A DNA stretch of 64,000 nt from Camelus ferus (Eukaryota), in contig NC_045707.1 of assembly GCF_009834535.1 (NCBI RefSeq), positions 52,702,001-52,766,000 of the forward strand, written 5' to 3'. The notes beneath the pieces were generated by a model. The model was not told where the DNA came from and searched no databases. It worked only from the letters and a program-made list of their open reading frames with translations. The position numbers and the translations under genes were made by a program. How positions within the stretch are numbered: the stretch's first letter is position 1; each line of letters starts with the position of its first letter. Positions 24,776 to 38,989 of the stretch are shown here, piece after piece.

Positions 24776-25757
24776 CGGGCAGCCCTGTTTCTGAGCTAAC
24801 GCCACGTGACTGAGGAGAAAACGCTCACATTTTAAACATCGTCTCATGTCTCATTCTCTAAAGCACATGGCTGACTCAGTTTACAAGCTCCAGGGATAAA
24901 GGAAAAAACACTCATTCCTTCTTCGGGAAGAAACAGAGGCAACGGTCTTAGCTCTACGGTGTCGTGCACAGAGGACAGTAAATGGAGCTCAGTGAAAAAT
25001 GTTTGCTTTCTAACTTCCCTTAAAGTTGTGTTCAGATGTAGAACGAAAAAGCAAGTAAGAGTAAATGTGCTGAACTATGACAAAAGCCCAATATCGAGGC
25101 AGCTATTAACATTCCCTGCAGGTGTCATAAGCATCGTCTCCTAATCTGCTTGCTGTTCTTTGCTTCTGGAATCTTATCTCTATCTATGTAACCTGTCATT
25201 TTCTAGATGTGTTTTCTACATCGTTTTTAGAGAACGTCTTCATTTTGGCATGACCTGTTTTTTTCCGGGGGAATGGTGGTCTACAGTGAGATATTATAAT
25301 GGATTGACTCTGTTAACAACCCATTCACAACATGGAGGTATTTTTTTTCTTCATTTTCCAAAAACTAGTTTGTGTATTACAAATTATTTTTAACATAGGA
25401 GAGACCAAGTTATACCCATGAACTATGGTCATAGATTTTAGGCACTTTATTTCAGGTTTTCTTTGAAAAATCGAACCTCGTGATGTTTTTGAAGACACAG
25501 AAATGGAAAAATGTCACCTTTCAGTGCTTTCAGTGTGGGCAACAGAGACGGGTTCCTGGCTCTGTTTCCATGGGTAACGTGACCGCATCCAACGTCCTTG
25601 CTCTCACTGAGTCAGCCCCTCTTCCCTCCCAGCTGCTGTGTTCCCACCTGCACCCCAATCAGTGAGCCATTTCTCACCTCCACAGGGGAAAAGTCAAACT
25701 CTCAGACATCTCATTGGTCATTGAAGACACCGGACTTCAGCGTTGTCAAAAAAAATA

Positions 25758-26110
25758 TGTTAAGAAACAGACAACAGGCCCAAAATGGAGTCACTTGTGC
25801 GAAGCCCACATCACAACTGAAACTCAGTACCTAACCTAACTGCAGCTTCAGCCACCCCCCAGAATGTAGTTTTAACTGGTCAGCGTGGAAGTTTCTGGTC
25901 AGCACCAATGAGCTGGTCCTCCCCATCCCCCAGAAGGGGTAACCCCTCCCTCCTCTCCCTCCCCTCCTGCCTGCACAAGCCCCTACTCCCTGCAGCTCCT
26001 TGAGCTCCTCTCCATCTGCTGCCTGAGATGCCACCTGAGTTACCATGAATTGTTCAATGAAGCCAATTAGATCTTTAAAATTGACTCAGTTGAATTTCTG
26101 TTACTTAACA
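25758..26110 (+). mobile_element. ERV1-class solo LTR with intact 4-bp TSD
   Basis: Inverted termini TGTTAAG...CTTAACA, AATA on both flanks, and internal aggcccaaaatggagtcac typical of gammaretrovirus-like LTRs. Confidence 0.9.
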
Positions 26111-26779
26111 AATACCAGAGATAAAGGAGGGGTCGCTATTTAACTCAGAGAAAGTAAGGCTAGTCTCCAGGACATAATGTTCTCTAAAGCAGAAGATTTC
26201 AATTTAAACAGAGCATTTAGTGAATTATCAGCCTGATTTTATGGACTTCTCAGAAAAAGAAACGGCTTGCATAAAAAGTAAGAATAGCTTCTTATGCTCT
26301 AGGCTTTTACATCAAGAGGAACACTTTAAATTTCCTACTGGCACATCTGACTTTATAAAAAAGAAAAAAGAAACCATCCAGCCATGGAAATACATCTCAC
26401 CATTTCTTCTTGGCTCAAAGCCTCAAGGCATTAAGTCTATTTCTGTTAGAGTGCTTGCTTCATTAAGAAACTTTTCTACAACATCATTTTTAAAAAATCC
26501 TGGGTAACCTTTTTCACTGAAGCAGTGAGAGGGTGGGGATGAGGTGGGGACAGGCTGCAGAACTGAAAAGGAGCAGAAAGGGAAACATTGACATCTTCTT
26601 AAAAGCAGCAGGAGCTGGTGGCAGAAAGAAAATTAGTTCTTGCTGACACACAAAAGACTCTTCCATGACAATTAACAAATGCAAATGTGGGGGGACTGGA
26701 ATTCCTTGTTTCCGCAGCTACCTTTAGCCCTTCTATGAGATGGACACTTTGTGCATTATTTTAAGTCTGTATTTCAGTG

Positions 26780-27145
26780 GATTAGTCAGACTTTGAGGGA
26801 AATCAGTTTAAGTAATTACCAGCCTGTTGACAAAGACACCTTAGAGGATACCTCCTTACATCAGACTCTCAGGGTTGCCACTGCCCTCACTGTTCTGCTG
26901 AATCAGCGCCACCTCTCTGGTGACCTTACTGTCCCCTCCCTCATTCCTAAAGAAGCCATCTGCCAGGGACTGACCTTGACTCAAGGCTGAACCACTCCTG
27001 CAGCACTGGCTGCAGGATGAGCGGGAGGCTGGTCTCTAGCCGAGAGCATTTTCTCGCTGGCTTCTCTCTTCCTCACTCCCTCCTCCAGTTACTTAGTCCA
27101 GAGTCCTGCCTCAGGCTCTGTGTTTAGGAGGTGAGAAGTCAGACC
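26780..27145 (+). mobile_element. Possible ancient ERVL LTR (LTR33/LTR16-like)
   Basis: The 3' end gtcctgcctcaggctctgtgtttaggag...agac resembles the LTR33-type terminus. Confidence 0.35.
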
Positions 27146-27824
27146 AGGGTCTCTGCACTGTTGACATGCTTCCATTCTGAGCTCCTTTAGAGTTGTTTTA
27201 GCTCCGCCAGTCAGTCTGATGAAGGGTTAGGGGATCAAACCTCTGCAATAACAAAAATGCTGACCTTCATGCAGACACGAGGGCGGCACCAAATTTCGGA
27301 AGTAACCGTTTCAGCGTCTCACTCAGCAGAACTTCCATGCGATGCTCAACCAAGAGGGTAAGTTCCCCGGAAACTGTTTCCACTGGGGATAATAGAGTTT
27401 CGCAAAAATGAGGTAAAATAATTTATGTTTAGAAATGTTTTCATAGAGCATGTGCTTTTGTAAATGCTTAGTAAGTTATATGCTAAAAGAATAGCAATAA
27501 ACTTTTCATCTGCAAGTACCATTTCCTCCCAGGGGAACACAGAGGCGGCTGCCTCACTGCGGGGTGGCCCATTGCTCTGAACCACTCAGCTCTGTGTTCT
27601 GTCAGCCGTGTCCCAGGGGAACCAGACCTCACAGGGCCTGCCACTCACGTGTTAGTCGAAAGAGTTACTTATTTTTCAAAAACTTATGAGTGAGGTGTGA
27701 AATACACTCCACTATAATCCACTTGGGCAGTAAACTTTGAAAATTATACTATGTTCTCCAAGAGCAGACTTTCTGGATGGATAAAGATCTCTGTAAATCC
27801 CATCAGTTTTTACCCTTCCTTAAA

Positions 27825-28000
27825 AAGTAAAGGTTAGACATAGACCAAATGTCCAATTAAGGGAGGCAGGTGTAATAAATTATGGCAAATTCAATACAAT
27901 AAAGTATTTCATGGCCATTAAAATCAGGTTATGGAAAAACATGTAATGATGTGGGAACACAATGTATTGAGTGGGAAAAGCAGGTTATATACTTAATAAT
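27825..28000 (+). mobile_element. L1ME-like 3' fragment
   Basis: ccaaatgtccaattaaggga...aataaattatggcaaattcaatacaataaagtatt...gccattaaaa. Confidence 0.6.
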
Positions 28001-29639
28001 ATATAAACCCTGACCTCTTTTGCATATGAAAGTAAATTCCAGGTATGTGTGTATGATTATGCATATGTATGTGTGTACTTATGTATAGCCACATAAATAT
28101 ATATGCACCGCCACATACTTGTATATATTAAATAAGTATTAATTTATAAACATAAATATTATATATTCAACAAATCTCTGCAGTTTTGAAGAGTCTTCTA
28201 TCTCTCCTTGCTCCCGTCTTTTCTTGCAAGTAAAAATCCTTCTTCACTCCTAATGAATCTTTGTTTCTTTAGCAGAACTAAAGATAAAGCTGTGTTTGAA
28301 AACTCATGGAGACAAGGGGTGTAAGTTAACTGCTGGAAGGATTGTTAGGAAGCTATTTCATATACGTTTTCCATGATAAAAAGCCCTTGACTTACATGGA
28401 AGCAGCAGAAAACAGGAGAGAGAAGAAAAAGAAGACTCTAGGAGGCTAATCCTAGTTAGTAACTTTGGTAATGTAGAAAAAGATTATTAGCAGGTGCCCT
28501 TCACCTGCTAATTATATTTAGAGGGAAAGTTTCAGAACTAGGCAAATAGGACCCAGAGTTATTTCACAACTCAGCGTTCAGAGACCTGCTCTCGCTAAAG
28601 CTTGAGGGGAAGTGTCGGTGGAGGGTCCACGGCTGGGGGGGGGGGAGATTGAGCTGCACATGGCAAGCTCTCCTTTGCAAACTTTAGGGGAAAAACAAAT
28701 AATTTACAGAAATCATCTAATTTTAAGGACTTCAGATGGTTACGGAATCGATGAGAGCTAGATGGATACAGTTCTGGAGAGGCGATGCCCCCGGGGCTGT
28801 GTGAGCAGTGGCTGGTTCTCCTCCCACCCACCCACTCGCCAGGTTGGGGTGTGAGCTGTGTGAACCCAGCAGGGTCCCGAAGAGCCCCAGGTGGGGACAG
28901 GAAATGAGCAGAACTTTTTGTTCATACTTGTTATTTTGGTTAAAAAGTTCAAAAGGATCACACACATGTTCAGTAAGATCCTCACTTCTTACACGTGTTT
29001 GATTAGGGCATTTTTCCAGGATTACATTATTTTTACTTTAAAACAAATTGGCATCAAAGATATACTTATTTTTGTCTTATTTTGCACTTTTGTTGAACTT
29101 CATTTTCCCCTCAGGGCTTTCAGGCTAGCGACGTATTTTCTCATGATAGTCACAAGGGTAGCTTTTCTCGAAGATTCTCTTAGTCTGTGACTTGATGGTT
29201 TTCTGGATGAAATTTGCTGAAGTTCTTTTGAATGTTTTCTCTTTTTCTGCAAACTTGGAAACAATATTTGAAATTAAACTAGCTGGATTGTGTTACACTG
29301 GGCATGTCTTAGACTTTGTCATCACCACCACCTCCTGAATCTTCCACAGCTTTTCCAGCCGTATTTCCTTCATCCTGCCTGTTCACCCCCTCTTCAGTCA
29401 CCTCATCTTTGCATCGCACGCATCAGCGAAGGAGTCTCATTCCACTCTGTTATTCTGAGGACCATGCAGCACAGGTTTGATGAGTGGTATTTTGTGTGTC
29501 TCTGTTGCCAGATCATGGTATAGAAACAGCCACTGGTGTCTATAAGTCTAATTGGATTAGATGCTCAATTCCAGAAACCCCAGAATCAACTTAGAACATT
29601 TACTCTTAAAGTTCTGTATATATTTATGTTTATATGTTT

Positions 29640-30020
29640 GTGGACTCTGACTAGTCCCCAGATCTGCAGTCAGCGAGCTGATGGGATGGTCCCAGCCCAA
29701 ATGTCAGCAGGGGTGTTGTCCACGAAGGGCCAATGTCTCGTCTCTAGTCTGAAGGCAGGTAAAACTGATGTCCCGGCTAGAAGGCCGGTCAGGAGGAGCT
29801 CCCTTGAAGGACAGTGGGCCTTTTTGTTTTACACAAATAGATTTTTATTCAATGGATTGGACGAGGCCCACCCATATTGGGGAGGGCAATCTGCTTTACA
29901 CAGCCCACCCTTTCAAACGTTAATCTCATCCAAAAACACCCTCCCTCACAGACACACTTATAACAATGTTTGACCAAAATCTGGGCACCCCACATCCCAG
30001 CCATCAAATTCACCATTGCG
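29640..30020 (-). mobile_element. MLT2 (ERVL) LTR
   Basis: ggattggacgaggcccacccatattggggagggcaatctgcttta...gttaatctcatccaaaaacaccctc...aatgtttgaccaaaatctgggcaccc. Confidence 0.85.
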
Positions 30021-32539
30021 TAACCCAGCTTTTGAATCCCATTCTGACGCTCTCCTTCCTGGGACCAATCCTGATACCAGCTTTTGGCCCGTTTTCCCAG
30101 GAAGCACACAAGTTTATATGCTACTGATACATTGTGCAAGGAAATTATGGGGGAGTGGGGATGACAGCAAGGCTGAGTGAGGCAGAGAAGGAGGGAGAGC
30201 AAACACGGGGCACATTCCCAGGCTGACACGTCCTGACACCAAGGATAACCGGCCGCTGACCTCACGGGACGGCCTTACAAGACAGGAAGAAGAATTTTTT
30301 ATCTCCTGACCCAGGTTCCCCTTCGTCAAAACTGTGCCCTGATCTTTAGCAGTAACTCCTCAGTAAAGACATGATTAGGTGTTATATTTCATAATTTACA
30401 TGACATAATAACCTCCCGGCTAATGCAGACTTGGTAGGAGATGGTAGAGTTGCTGATATATTCTTATTACTCCAAATAAATTAATACAATTGGAAGGAAA
30501 GTCCATTGCAAAACATGCAGTAAAGATACCAAATAAACTTGCCAGTGGCCTGTCATAATCACTACCCGTGTGAGTAAAACTTTGTGCAAAATAATTAGAG
30601 AGTGACAGAGGGGGAAAAACAACTATTTACAGATTAGATGAGCAAAATCATAAATTTCCATGTGAGTGCAAATGAAGTATATTCTTCATTAATATTATTT
30701 TGACAGCTTTAATCACAGAACACCAAAATGTTCTTTTTCCAATTTAAAGCTAATTAAAACCTGTAAAGAACAATCTGCAACAACAAAACAGAACCGGAGC
30801 CGCCCAGCAGAGATGCTCAAGAAGCTGAAACAGAGAAGGCACCAGACGTACTGTAATTTCAGCAACGTGACTCACCACAAAACACCATCATAACCTTATT
30901 CATAATTTAATAATATGCTTGTGCTGGGAGATACTATCTTCGTTAATGAGCTATCTTTGCCTTTAAACTAAGCCTCAGATTTCTTTGTAGAGGAAATATT
31001 GTTTATTAAAATAATTGCACTTATTAATAAAATGGTATGTACCCACGCGTGAGAAGAGAAAACCTTTATTCTGGCCTAGGTTTCAACATCAGGCCCAAGA
31101 GCAGACTTACTTTTACACTCAGTGGTTGCCCTGCGACTTCCCGGAGTCGCTCTAGGTTGCGTGGGTAACAAACCCTCAAATCCACAGCAGTGGGGCAAAC
31201 CCAGACACCAACGTCCCGTTGCACTCAGATGACCAAGGGACACACATCCCTGCTCGGGGGCTGTTCGGGGAACTTTCCCAGCAGCTCTGGGATATTTTCT
31301 AGTGGCAGATTCTGGAGGCTCAGTCTGGAGCCCTATGTTTTCACCAGTTCAACCCTTCTACAAGCATCTAATTCCTGTAGTAAATCCATTCTGCCTAAAA
31401 AGCTAAGTAGCATATGTTACCCATCCCCAAGGTCTTTAAACATCCCCGTCCTGTTCATCTCATAATAAACTCTCAACAAATATTTGTTGGCTGGTGGGTA
31501 GACATATATCAGAGATGTCATTACTCTGCTCTGAATATTTCTGGAGAATTTTTTGGTATTTCAATGAAGTAACAAAAATACCAGAATAAATGTGATAATC
31601 ATATCTAATGATAGCCAGAACAACTACTCTCGTCCCCTAAATAAAACTCACAGCTGCGCTAAGAGTAGTCTTGTTCTGCAGGAGATCACTGGAAGCCGTG
31701 TGTCGTGAAGTTACTAGCTATTTGGGAAACACGTCTTAATAGTCTGCATGATCTCATTTCCAGCAAATGGCAAAGCTCCACATTTTCTGCTGTGAATGCA
31801 CTGGAACATTTTAACTCTTCAAAAATGTTATTCAGCTTCTTAGATTTTGAAAGAAGCAAAAAGCTATTTGTACCATTTTTTTTCCCTTGTTAATCCAAAT
31901 AGCTAAACCTATGAAAGACGGCAAACAAACCTGCATCAGGACAGGCATTAAACTTCCCTGGTGTGGGACGAAGGCAGGAGCAGAGGACCTCAGTGCGCCT
32001 TTGGGAGCAAAGCGGTTACAGACACCGCACGACGGGTGGTCTCCGCCTGAGTCCCGCTCCATCCAGTCCCGCATCAGCTCCTCCGGCCAGGCGACAGCTG
32101 CTCCCTCGCACGGCTGTGTGACCCCCGGCGCTGGCATTCAATCTCCTCAGGTAAACATCAAGAATGTGCACCCCTTTGTCTTGGGAACCGTGAGGAAACA
32201 GACGTCTCCCACATTCCAGGAGCTAGAACTTGACTTGAACCCCCCACTTCCAAGGTCTTGAGAAACTGTCAGTTAATACAGCCTTCCTCCTGCCCCACAA
32301 AACCAGCCATCATAGGCAAAGGATGTTTTGTTTCTTGGGGTTTTTTTTTGCCCTCACAGCACTATCTTCTCCAGTTAAGAAATAGGTGCTGTTTTATTAT
32401 CTTTTTTAAGGCTCTCTGTGCATAAAGAGAGCTTGATTATGCTAATCAGCATTAGTGAGCTTCTAGATTAAGCACCCTCCTTTGAAATCTGGGAATGCCA
32501 CAGACAACTAGATGGGGTTATCCTGGCATGTTGTTTTGC

Positions 32540-32690
32540 TGTGCGTTGTGTGTGTGGTGCACGGGCATGTGTGTGTGGTGTTGCACAAGCGTGTGTGTGT
32601 GTGATGCATGGGCATGTGTGTTTGATGTCGCACAGGTGTGTGTGTGGTGTTGCATGGATAGGTGTATGTGTTGCATGGGCATGTGTGCAC
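32540..32690. repeat. TG-rich degenerate tandem repeat (about 22-25 bp unit, about 6 copies)
   Basis: Recurrent gtgtgtgtggtg(tt)gca(c/t)gggcat units. Confidence 0.8.
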
Positions 32691-34247
32691 CCACGCAGAC
32701 AGAACCAGGAGCTCTGTGGTCAGGGCTGTGAAGGAAGAGATAAACTTCTACTTTAAAGCGATTCCCCCATCTCCATCTCAACAAGGGTCCTTTTGTTCCT
32801 GGACGTTCTTTTGTTCTGGTGCCATAGGCTCCTGGATCATTCCATTTTTCCTGTCCCTTTGTCTTCATTTCTCTCACCTCCTGTCTTCTCTGGTTGTTTT
32901 TTTTGGGAAACCCTGACATGCACAAAGGTGTAAATTAACAACAGCATAAAAACATCAGGTGCTTCCTAGTCACTGAACAAACATGAGACTGATACAGAAG
33001 CAGACACCTTCCCCGAGCGCATCCGTTCTCCTCCAGCCGTGGCCAAACCCATCTGGCTCGCCTGCTCCTTTTATTTCACGTGTGTTGACTCCAGGGCTGC
33101 TGTGTAGCAATGTCCCCTCACTTCCCTGCAGAACAGGCACAGGTGTGCAGTTCCACCAGTGGAGCATCACACAGTGATGCATTCCCTGAACAAAACACAC
33201 CCTGCAGGGGGGATTTGAGCTTCCACCAGGCAGTGTCCTAATCTGTCCTAATGTCCTGCTGTCTGAGCTCGCCCAGTGGCCAGCAGACGATGGGGGCCAG
33301 GGATGGGGGGGTACCTCTGGATGAGTGCTGGAAGCAGAACCAGTTCAAAGCCCTCACTAAGAAGTGGCACGCAGTACGGCATGAGGGTGCCGGTGGTGGA
33401 ACTCAGTGCGGCATCAGAGGGCAGGGGCTCTCCACTCTGGATTTAATCCATTATGAATTCACTGCTTCAACATTCCTCCCTAAAGCCCCTCCGATGCTGG
33501 TCCATGAAAGCAGCTGAGAGCGTCTAAGGAACAGGTCCCAGAATTTGGTTCTCCTGGTGGCCCTGGGGAGCTCGGGCACACGTCCCTTAGTGGCAGAAGG
33601 GGACACTCAATGCCTGGCGAGACCCTGGTCCTCCTACTGCACAGTCTTCAGGAGAGGTGTTCCTTCTCATGGTGGGGGAGGGTGAAGAGAGCGCTGGCAT
33701 CACGTGGACCTGAGGGGACACATTTCTCCAAGTATTCCTCATTAATTGCCAAGCCCGGAGCCAGCCCTGTGGTAATGAAGCCCTGGAGTCTGACCAGCCA
33801 TCACGATTAGGACCGAGAACTGGGTTCCTGCTCTTAATTTCACCCTCTGGAAACACTGGCAAGTGACGTTGTCTTACTGAGGAATTATTCTGATCACATA
33901 TAAAGATATTTTCTCAATCCCAAGTGTATGAATTAGCCTCAGGTTTCAGGTCAAATAGGCTTTTCTTGACAGGACAGAGTTGACAGGGCTGCTGACCTGT
34001 ATTTGGGAATTTCCAAGGCAGGCAGGCATCCTACTCGCTGTGAAATATGCCCCGTGGGGTCTCAGCCTGCTGATGTTTTAAATAGCGATTGTCACTTCCC
34101 TCTGCATCCTGACACCTAAACCCAGGACCGGGAAGTGTGGACGCCTTTCAGCCACGTGTGTGGAGGCAGGAGGGACGTGGGAAGATCGTGGTCCAGGCTC
34201 CCGAGGGCCCCTCTGCGGCAGAGCTGCACTGCGGTTTCCACCCTGGT

Positions 34248-34392
34248 TTTTTTTTTTAATTTGAGGGTTTTTTTTGAGGGGCGGTGATTAGGCTTATTTC
34301 TTTATTTTAAATTTTATTTATTTTTGCCACAGAGGCACTGGGGATTGAACCCTAATGCTACGCTCTACTGCTGAGCTGTACCCTCCCCCCCT
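34248..34392 (-). mobile_element. tRNA-derived camelid SINE (Vic-type), internally deleted
   Basis: Antisense A/B-box region gggattgaaccc...gctctactgctgagctgtaccctccccc with a T-rich tail. Probable TSD ccctggt at 34241 and 34395. Confidence 0.8.
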
Positions 34393-35138
34393 GCCCCTGG
34401 TCTTATGGTCCCTTGTTGTTCTGGGTTCTTCCATCGAACTGCTCCTTTCGTGAGAAATTTCCTGCCTTCTTTTATTCTGTGGCCCCAGCATATGGACAGC
34501 TCCTGTCACACGATAAGCACTTAATTATTGCTTGTTACATGAATGTGTAATAAAAATCAAGCCCACATTTACAGAACCACTAAAGCAGCTGTGAACAGTC
34601 CTAGCGCAGCCCGCATCTGACTAACGAGGAGGCGCAGTGACTTGCCCGGCAGCGCGCTCCCGTGCAGCGTGTCCTGTTGATCCCCGGGGTCTGATGCTGC
34701 AGAGACGGCTCTGTTGAAGGGTCGGGTCCCTGCACACTGTGTGGGACGTTCTACCTCTCAGCGCACTCACCTCCCCCGCAATGAGCCGACTCTCCCAGTA
34801 ACAGACGGAACAGCGGGACGACTGTCCCCTTACCCCTCCCTCACAACCCCCTCAGACAGCAGGGTGCCCCCTGGTGGGCTCACTGGGCGGAAGGTAAGAA
34901 AACCCACGTCCCTCATGGAGAGAGAGGCAGGGATGGCGGCCACGCCGTCACCCGCCCCGCGTCCCCTCCATTCAGCACACCGCTGCTCTGCAGGACCGCC
35001 GGGCTGAGGGCTCGGGGGTTGCCTTCTGCTGGCCTTACGTGGGCTGTTTTACCCACTGGAATTCATCGTTTCATGAGGCCCAGTGCTTGGTTCCATCGCA
35101 CCATCTGGTGATAATTTGCAGCAACTAAGACATTTGGA

Positions 35139-35402
35139 TACACACACCCCCCACATGCCTGCCTCGCACTCACACACGTATATTCCACACAACATATCAC
35201 ACACGCACTGAAGCACACCCCCCCCACATGCAGGTGCACACCACACACTACATATACACACCACCACCACCCCACACACACATGCACACAACACACACAC
35301 GACTCCCTCACAAGCACACGCACACCACACACTATGCAGGCATGCATGCAAACCACCCCCACATATGCACGTGCACACGGCACACACACGCACGCACACA
35401 CC
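35139..35402. repeat. CA-rich low-complexity tract
   Basis: Imperfect (CA)n/(CACG)/(CATG) stretch that generates the His/Thr- and Cys/Val-rich ORFs. Confidence 0.9.
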
Positions 35403-36903
35403 ATCAAACCCGTGCCTTTAGCCAGGCCTTTCCCCTGCACCTGTCCCCTCAGGTCTCGGCCTTTGTTTGGGTCTCAGTCCATCCTCAGCCCCCTGCACCT
35501 GCGCAGTCAGGCAGTGAGCACTCACCCTTGACGCAGTGAGAACTCTGAGACGGGGCAATGCCAGCCTCTCCTGCTTGGAAGCTGGTTAGTTCTTCTTCCC
35601 AAATTCTGTTACATTTAATGACCCACAGCCAAACAATACAGCCAAATTAACAGACACTACTACCCTTCAAAGGAACTCTAATTAGACCAAAATATATTTT
35701 TGCTGTGTGGATGACATTTAAGTAAATTAGGTTTTATGTGCCATGCCTTTTTGGAGATGTTCCCCATAATTCAAGAGATTTCTGAGATGAAGCCTGTGCC
35801 AGAATTTCGATTTATTAGCATAGAAATCAGTGCACACAAGTGCACCTAAGACTCATACGCCCTATGTCTTCAGCCCTTGTAAAGAAGCATTATTCCAGGG
35901 GGAAAATAATTCAGGGAAGAACTGGATATATGGAACAGTTATTCCGTGACAGAGGGTTAACAGACAGGCAGACAGGTGTTCGGTGGCTATGACGAAGCAG
36001 TGTGACAGTTCTGTGAATTTTTGAAAGGGTGCTTTTTTCACTTTACCAGCCAGAAATCTTCCGTGGAGGGGAGAGTTGAGGATAGGCAATCCCTTGTATC
36101 AGAGGGAAAACGAACACGAGGCAGCATTGCGCCTTACATCTGGCAAATAAGGAGATGGACAAGCTTGATGCATTACTCACTAGAGAGCTGTGAAATCACA
36201 GGGCTGACAGGTACATAAACTCACAGGACAGAATGTGCAGCTTCCCACACAAAAGCAGGTGGAAGACTTTCAGGTTGCATTAAAAACTCATGGAGCCAAA
36301 ATGCAAACCAAGAGAAGATTCTGCAGGAACTTGACTTGGGGACGTTTTAGCTTTAATAATAACATTTAAGACAGCATTGGTGTGTCACAGTCTGGAACAG
36401 CCCAACATGAGGTGGTAACTCCCCAAGTCACCCATTAAATGGGATCAGAGTAGGGAGCTGAGGGGAAGCGCACGTAGTGATGTAACACACACTGTGGATC
36501 CTGCATCAGCCCCTGAGCTGAGCTGCACACACACGGGGCAGAGGAGCCCTCATTTAAGATGCCGGCAGCAAGGGGGCACGAGGGGCAGCAGAGCGTGAGG
36601 GGAGCAGAAGGGTGCCTGAGAGTCTCCGGGAATTTCCTTAGCCTCCCCAAGCTTCCATTTCCTCGCCAGTAAATTAAGAAAGGAAGACCTACTTTGTAAA
36701 ATGAGACTGACTTTGATGGCTTTGGTGCATTTAGGAACACAGTGGCTGACAAGAAGTGGGCACTCAAAAAGTGTTAGCTGGTTCTCCTGTCTTCTTGGAA
36801 ACTTTCAGTCAATGAACACTGATCATGCCATCAAATTTTTCAGTCTAGGCCTGAGGTCTTGTAGACAGCCTCCCTGGACTCCAATTTACCAGAGGCTGTT
36901 GTT

Positions 36904-37351
36904 TATGGAGAAGGAAAAACTTTTCCTCTATCCTCTTATGTTATTGCTTGGGGGCCTGCAAATTAAACTAAGAAAAGAGCTTAACAGGAGAAAAGGCACA
37001 CAATTAATAGTATTCACACACATGGGAGTTCACAGAAAAGGAGTGAAACTCAAAGAAGTGGCCATACTCATGGGCTTATAAACCATTTTAACCAAAGAAA
37101 GGGGATTTGGGCTTCAAAGGATGAAAACCCTAGGAAATAGACCAGGGAACTAATAAAGATTATGAATTATTTTAGTAAGACCCGTCCATATAAACAAGCA
37201 TCCTCATGAAAGGACATTAATGCCCTGCCTTGGGCAGGTGAGGGAGGGCAGAGAACTCTTCCTACTTCTGCCGAGTCTCAGTTTTCTTCAGCTCATAAGA
37301 ATCTTCGTGCAAGTATGAAATGTTTGGGGTGGCATATTCTGAACCACTTCA
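36904..37351 (-). mobile_element. ERV1 solo LTR (MER34/MER39-like)
   Basis: The minus strand starts TGAAGTGGTTCAGAATATGCCACCCCAAA. Flanks tgtt/tgtc are consistent with an aged 4-bp TSD. Confidence 0.85.
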
Positions 37352-38312
37352 TGTCTGACAGTTAAGATATATGTGTCTCTGTACAACTCACTCTGAATAA
37401 CAGAGATATATCCACAAAGAACGTCGAGGGAAGCTGTGTTCTAAGACATTTCCAGAAACGTCTGGAACATCTCTGTCAGTTGTTTTCAAGCACAGTTCAA
37501 AGGAGGCTCTTAGTAGATCAGTTGCTCAGAATTTTTGTCCAATCTAATACAGGTTAAATGAATTTTCAGTTCAGCTTTTCTCAAAACAAAGCTCACGGGT
37601 ATGTCTCTGGGACTTTGCCATGCATTTCACTGTACTCATCATTAAGATATTCTGGGGTGGTCCTGACCAGACTCGACCTCCCAGTAAAGTAATGAGCAGT
37701 AATGTCACCCTGGTAAGGAGGACGATCTTCTGTATAAATCTGGAAAGAATTCTTGCTATTTTGGAGTTTGAATAATCCTTTCAGAACAGACTGTTTCCAG
37801 TGATTTTACTAAGAGGTAATTTGCCATATAAATTGTAAGTGTTTACAAAATTATAAACAGCAAGAAATGGCAACTCAGAAATTCCAGTCCTCTGGGTTCA
37901 TCAGGGTCACAGGATTCAACCATCCAACGAAGACTAAATAGGGTGAGATTCCCTGGAGTCCGAGTTCCTCTTCGACACTCCTGTTAAAGAACCTTCTTGC
38001 AATCATAAGATCAGGGGAGGCTGACAGCACTTTTCTGCTGTCAAGCAGTCACATTCCCTCTGCTCCTCCAAGGTTAAAAATTCAAGGTCATTACCTCCTC
38101 CAAACTATGAAAGTAAGACAGTAAGTGTTTCCAATGAACCCTGGCATAAGGAACCGTTGAGGACTTTACTTTTGAGACTGTGATCTGGTCCCACTTAAGA
38201 TGCCCCTGCCTTTTCTACCATTTCCCCTGCGGGATGCATAAGAAAACATATAGATTCTATGAAGAAATGAATTCCTTGAGTTCTGTCATTTTAAAAGTTG
38301 GCTATTATTGGA

Positions 38313-38390
38313 CTATAACCATTAAAAATTGTGAATCGCTATACTGTACACTTGTAACTTACACATCAACTATACTTCAATTTTTTTTAA
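38313..38390 (+). mobile_element. Short L1 3' end with diverged TSD
   Basis: tgtgaatcgctatactgtacacttgtaact...atcaactatacttcaat, flanked by ttggctattattgga (38298) and ttgaatattattgga (38391). Confidence 0.75.
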
Positions 38391-38989
38391 TTGAATATTA
38401 TTGGAATCCAGGCAGAACAGGTGAGGGATACATCTCAAGGCTGATACAATTCCACTCAGTTTGAGGGGACTCCAAAACAACCTGACACACAATCAGAACG
38501 CTACCGTCTCCCGTAACGTCCTGGCCCTTCCTGACCGAAGACCCCCGGCCGCAGTGAATTACACTGAGCTGCACGGTGGTTCTGTGGCAACAGCGAAGGC
38601 AGGTGAGGAGACCACACATGACTCCGCTAGCAGATTCACAATTTTCCCAATTTCCACATGAGGAACCGGGAGCACAGAGGCACTGAATGTTTTCCCAGTT
38701 CCAGCCCCGAGTGGTGGAGCCAGGGCTTGAGTGGAGTCCCTGCTCTCACACACCTCGTGGTACCCAGGATGGCTTCTCTGGTTCTCGTTCCCTTGTACCC
38801 TGCAGAGTATTTGCCACCTAAGGCAAGAATGCTATAACCGTCTTCTCTTTCCCTCAGGGTGAAGGTTAGAGTTCCTCGGTAAGGCAAAGGATGGGGTTCC
38901 AACCCCTCCTCCAGCCTAGTCCGTTGACCATCCTGAGACACACTCTGCTTGTTTTAGCTACGTTCCTTTCTGAACACCACTCTCGGCTT

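Noticed and set aside
34485..34503. REST/NRSE-like CAGCATATGGACAGCTCC
   Set aside because: The left half lacks CACC and the spacing is one base short of the canonical RE1.
32495..35539. Cys/Val- and His/Thr-rich ORFs resembling metal-binding proteins
   Set aside because: Derived from TG/CA low-complexity tracts.
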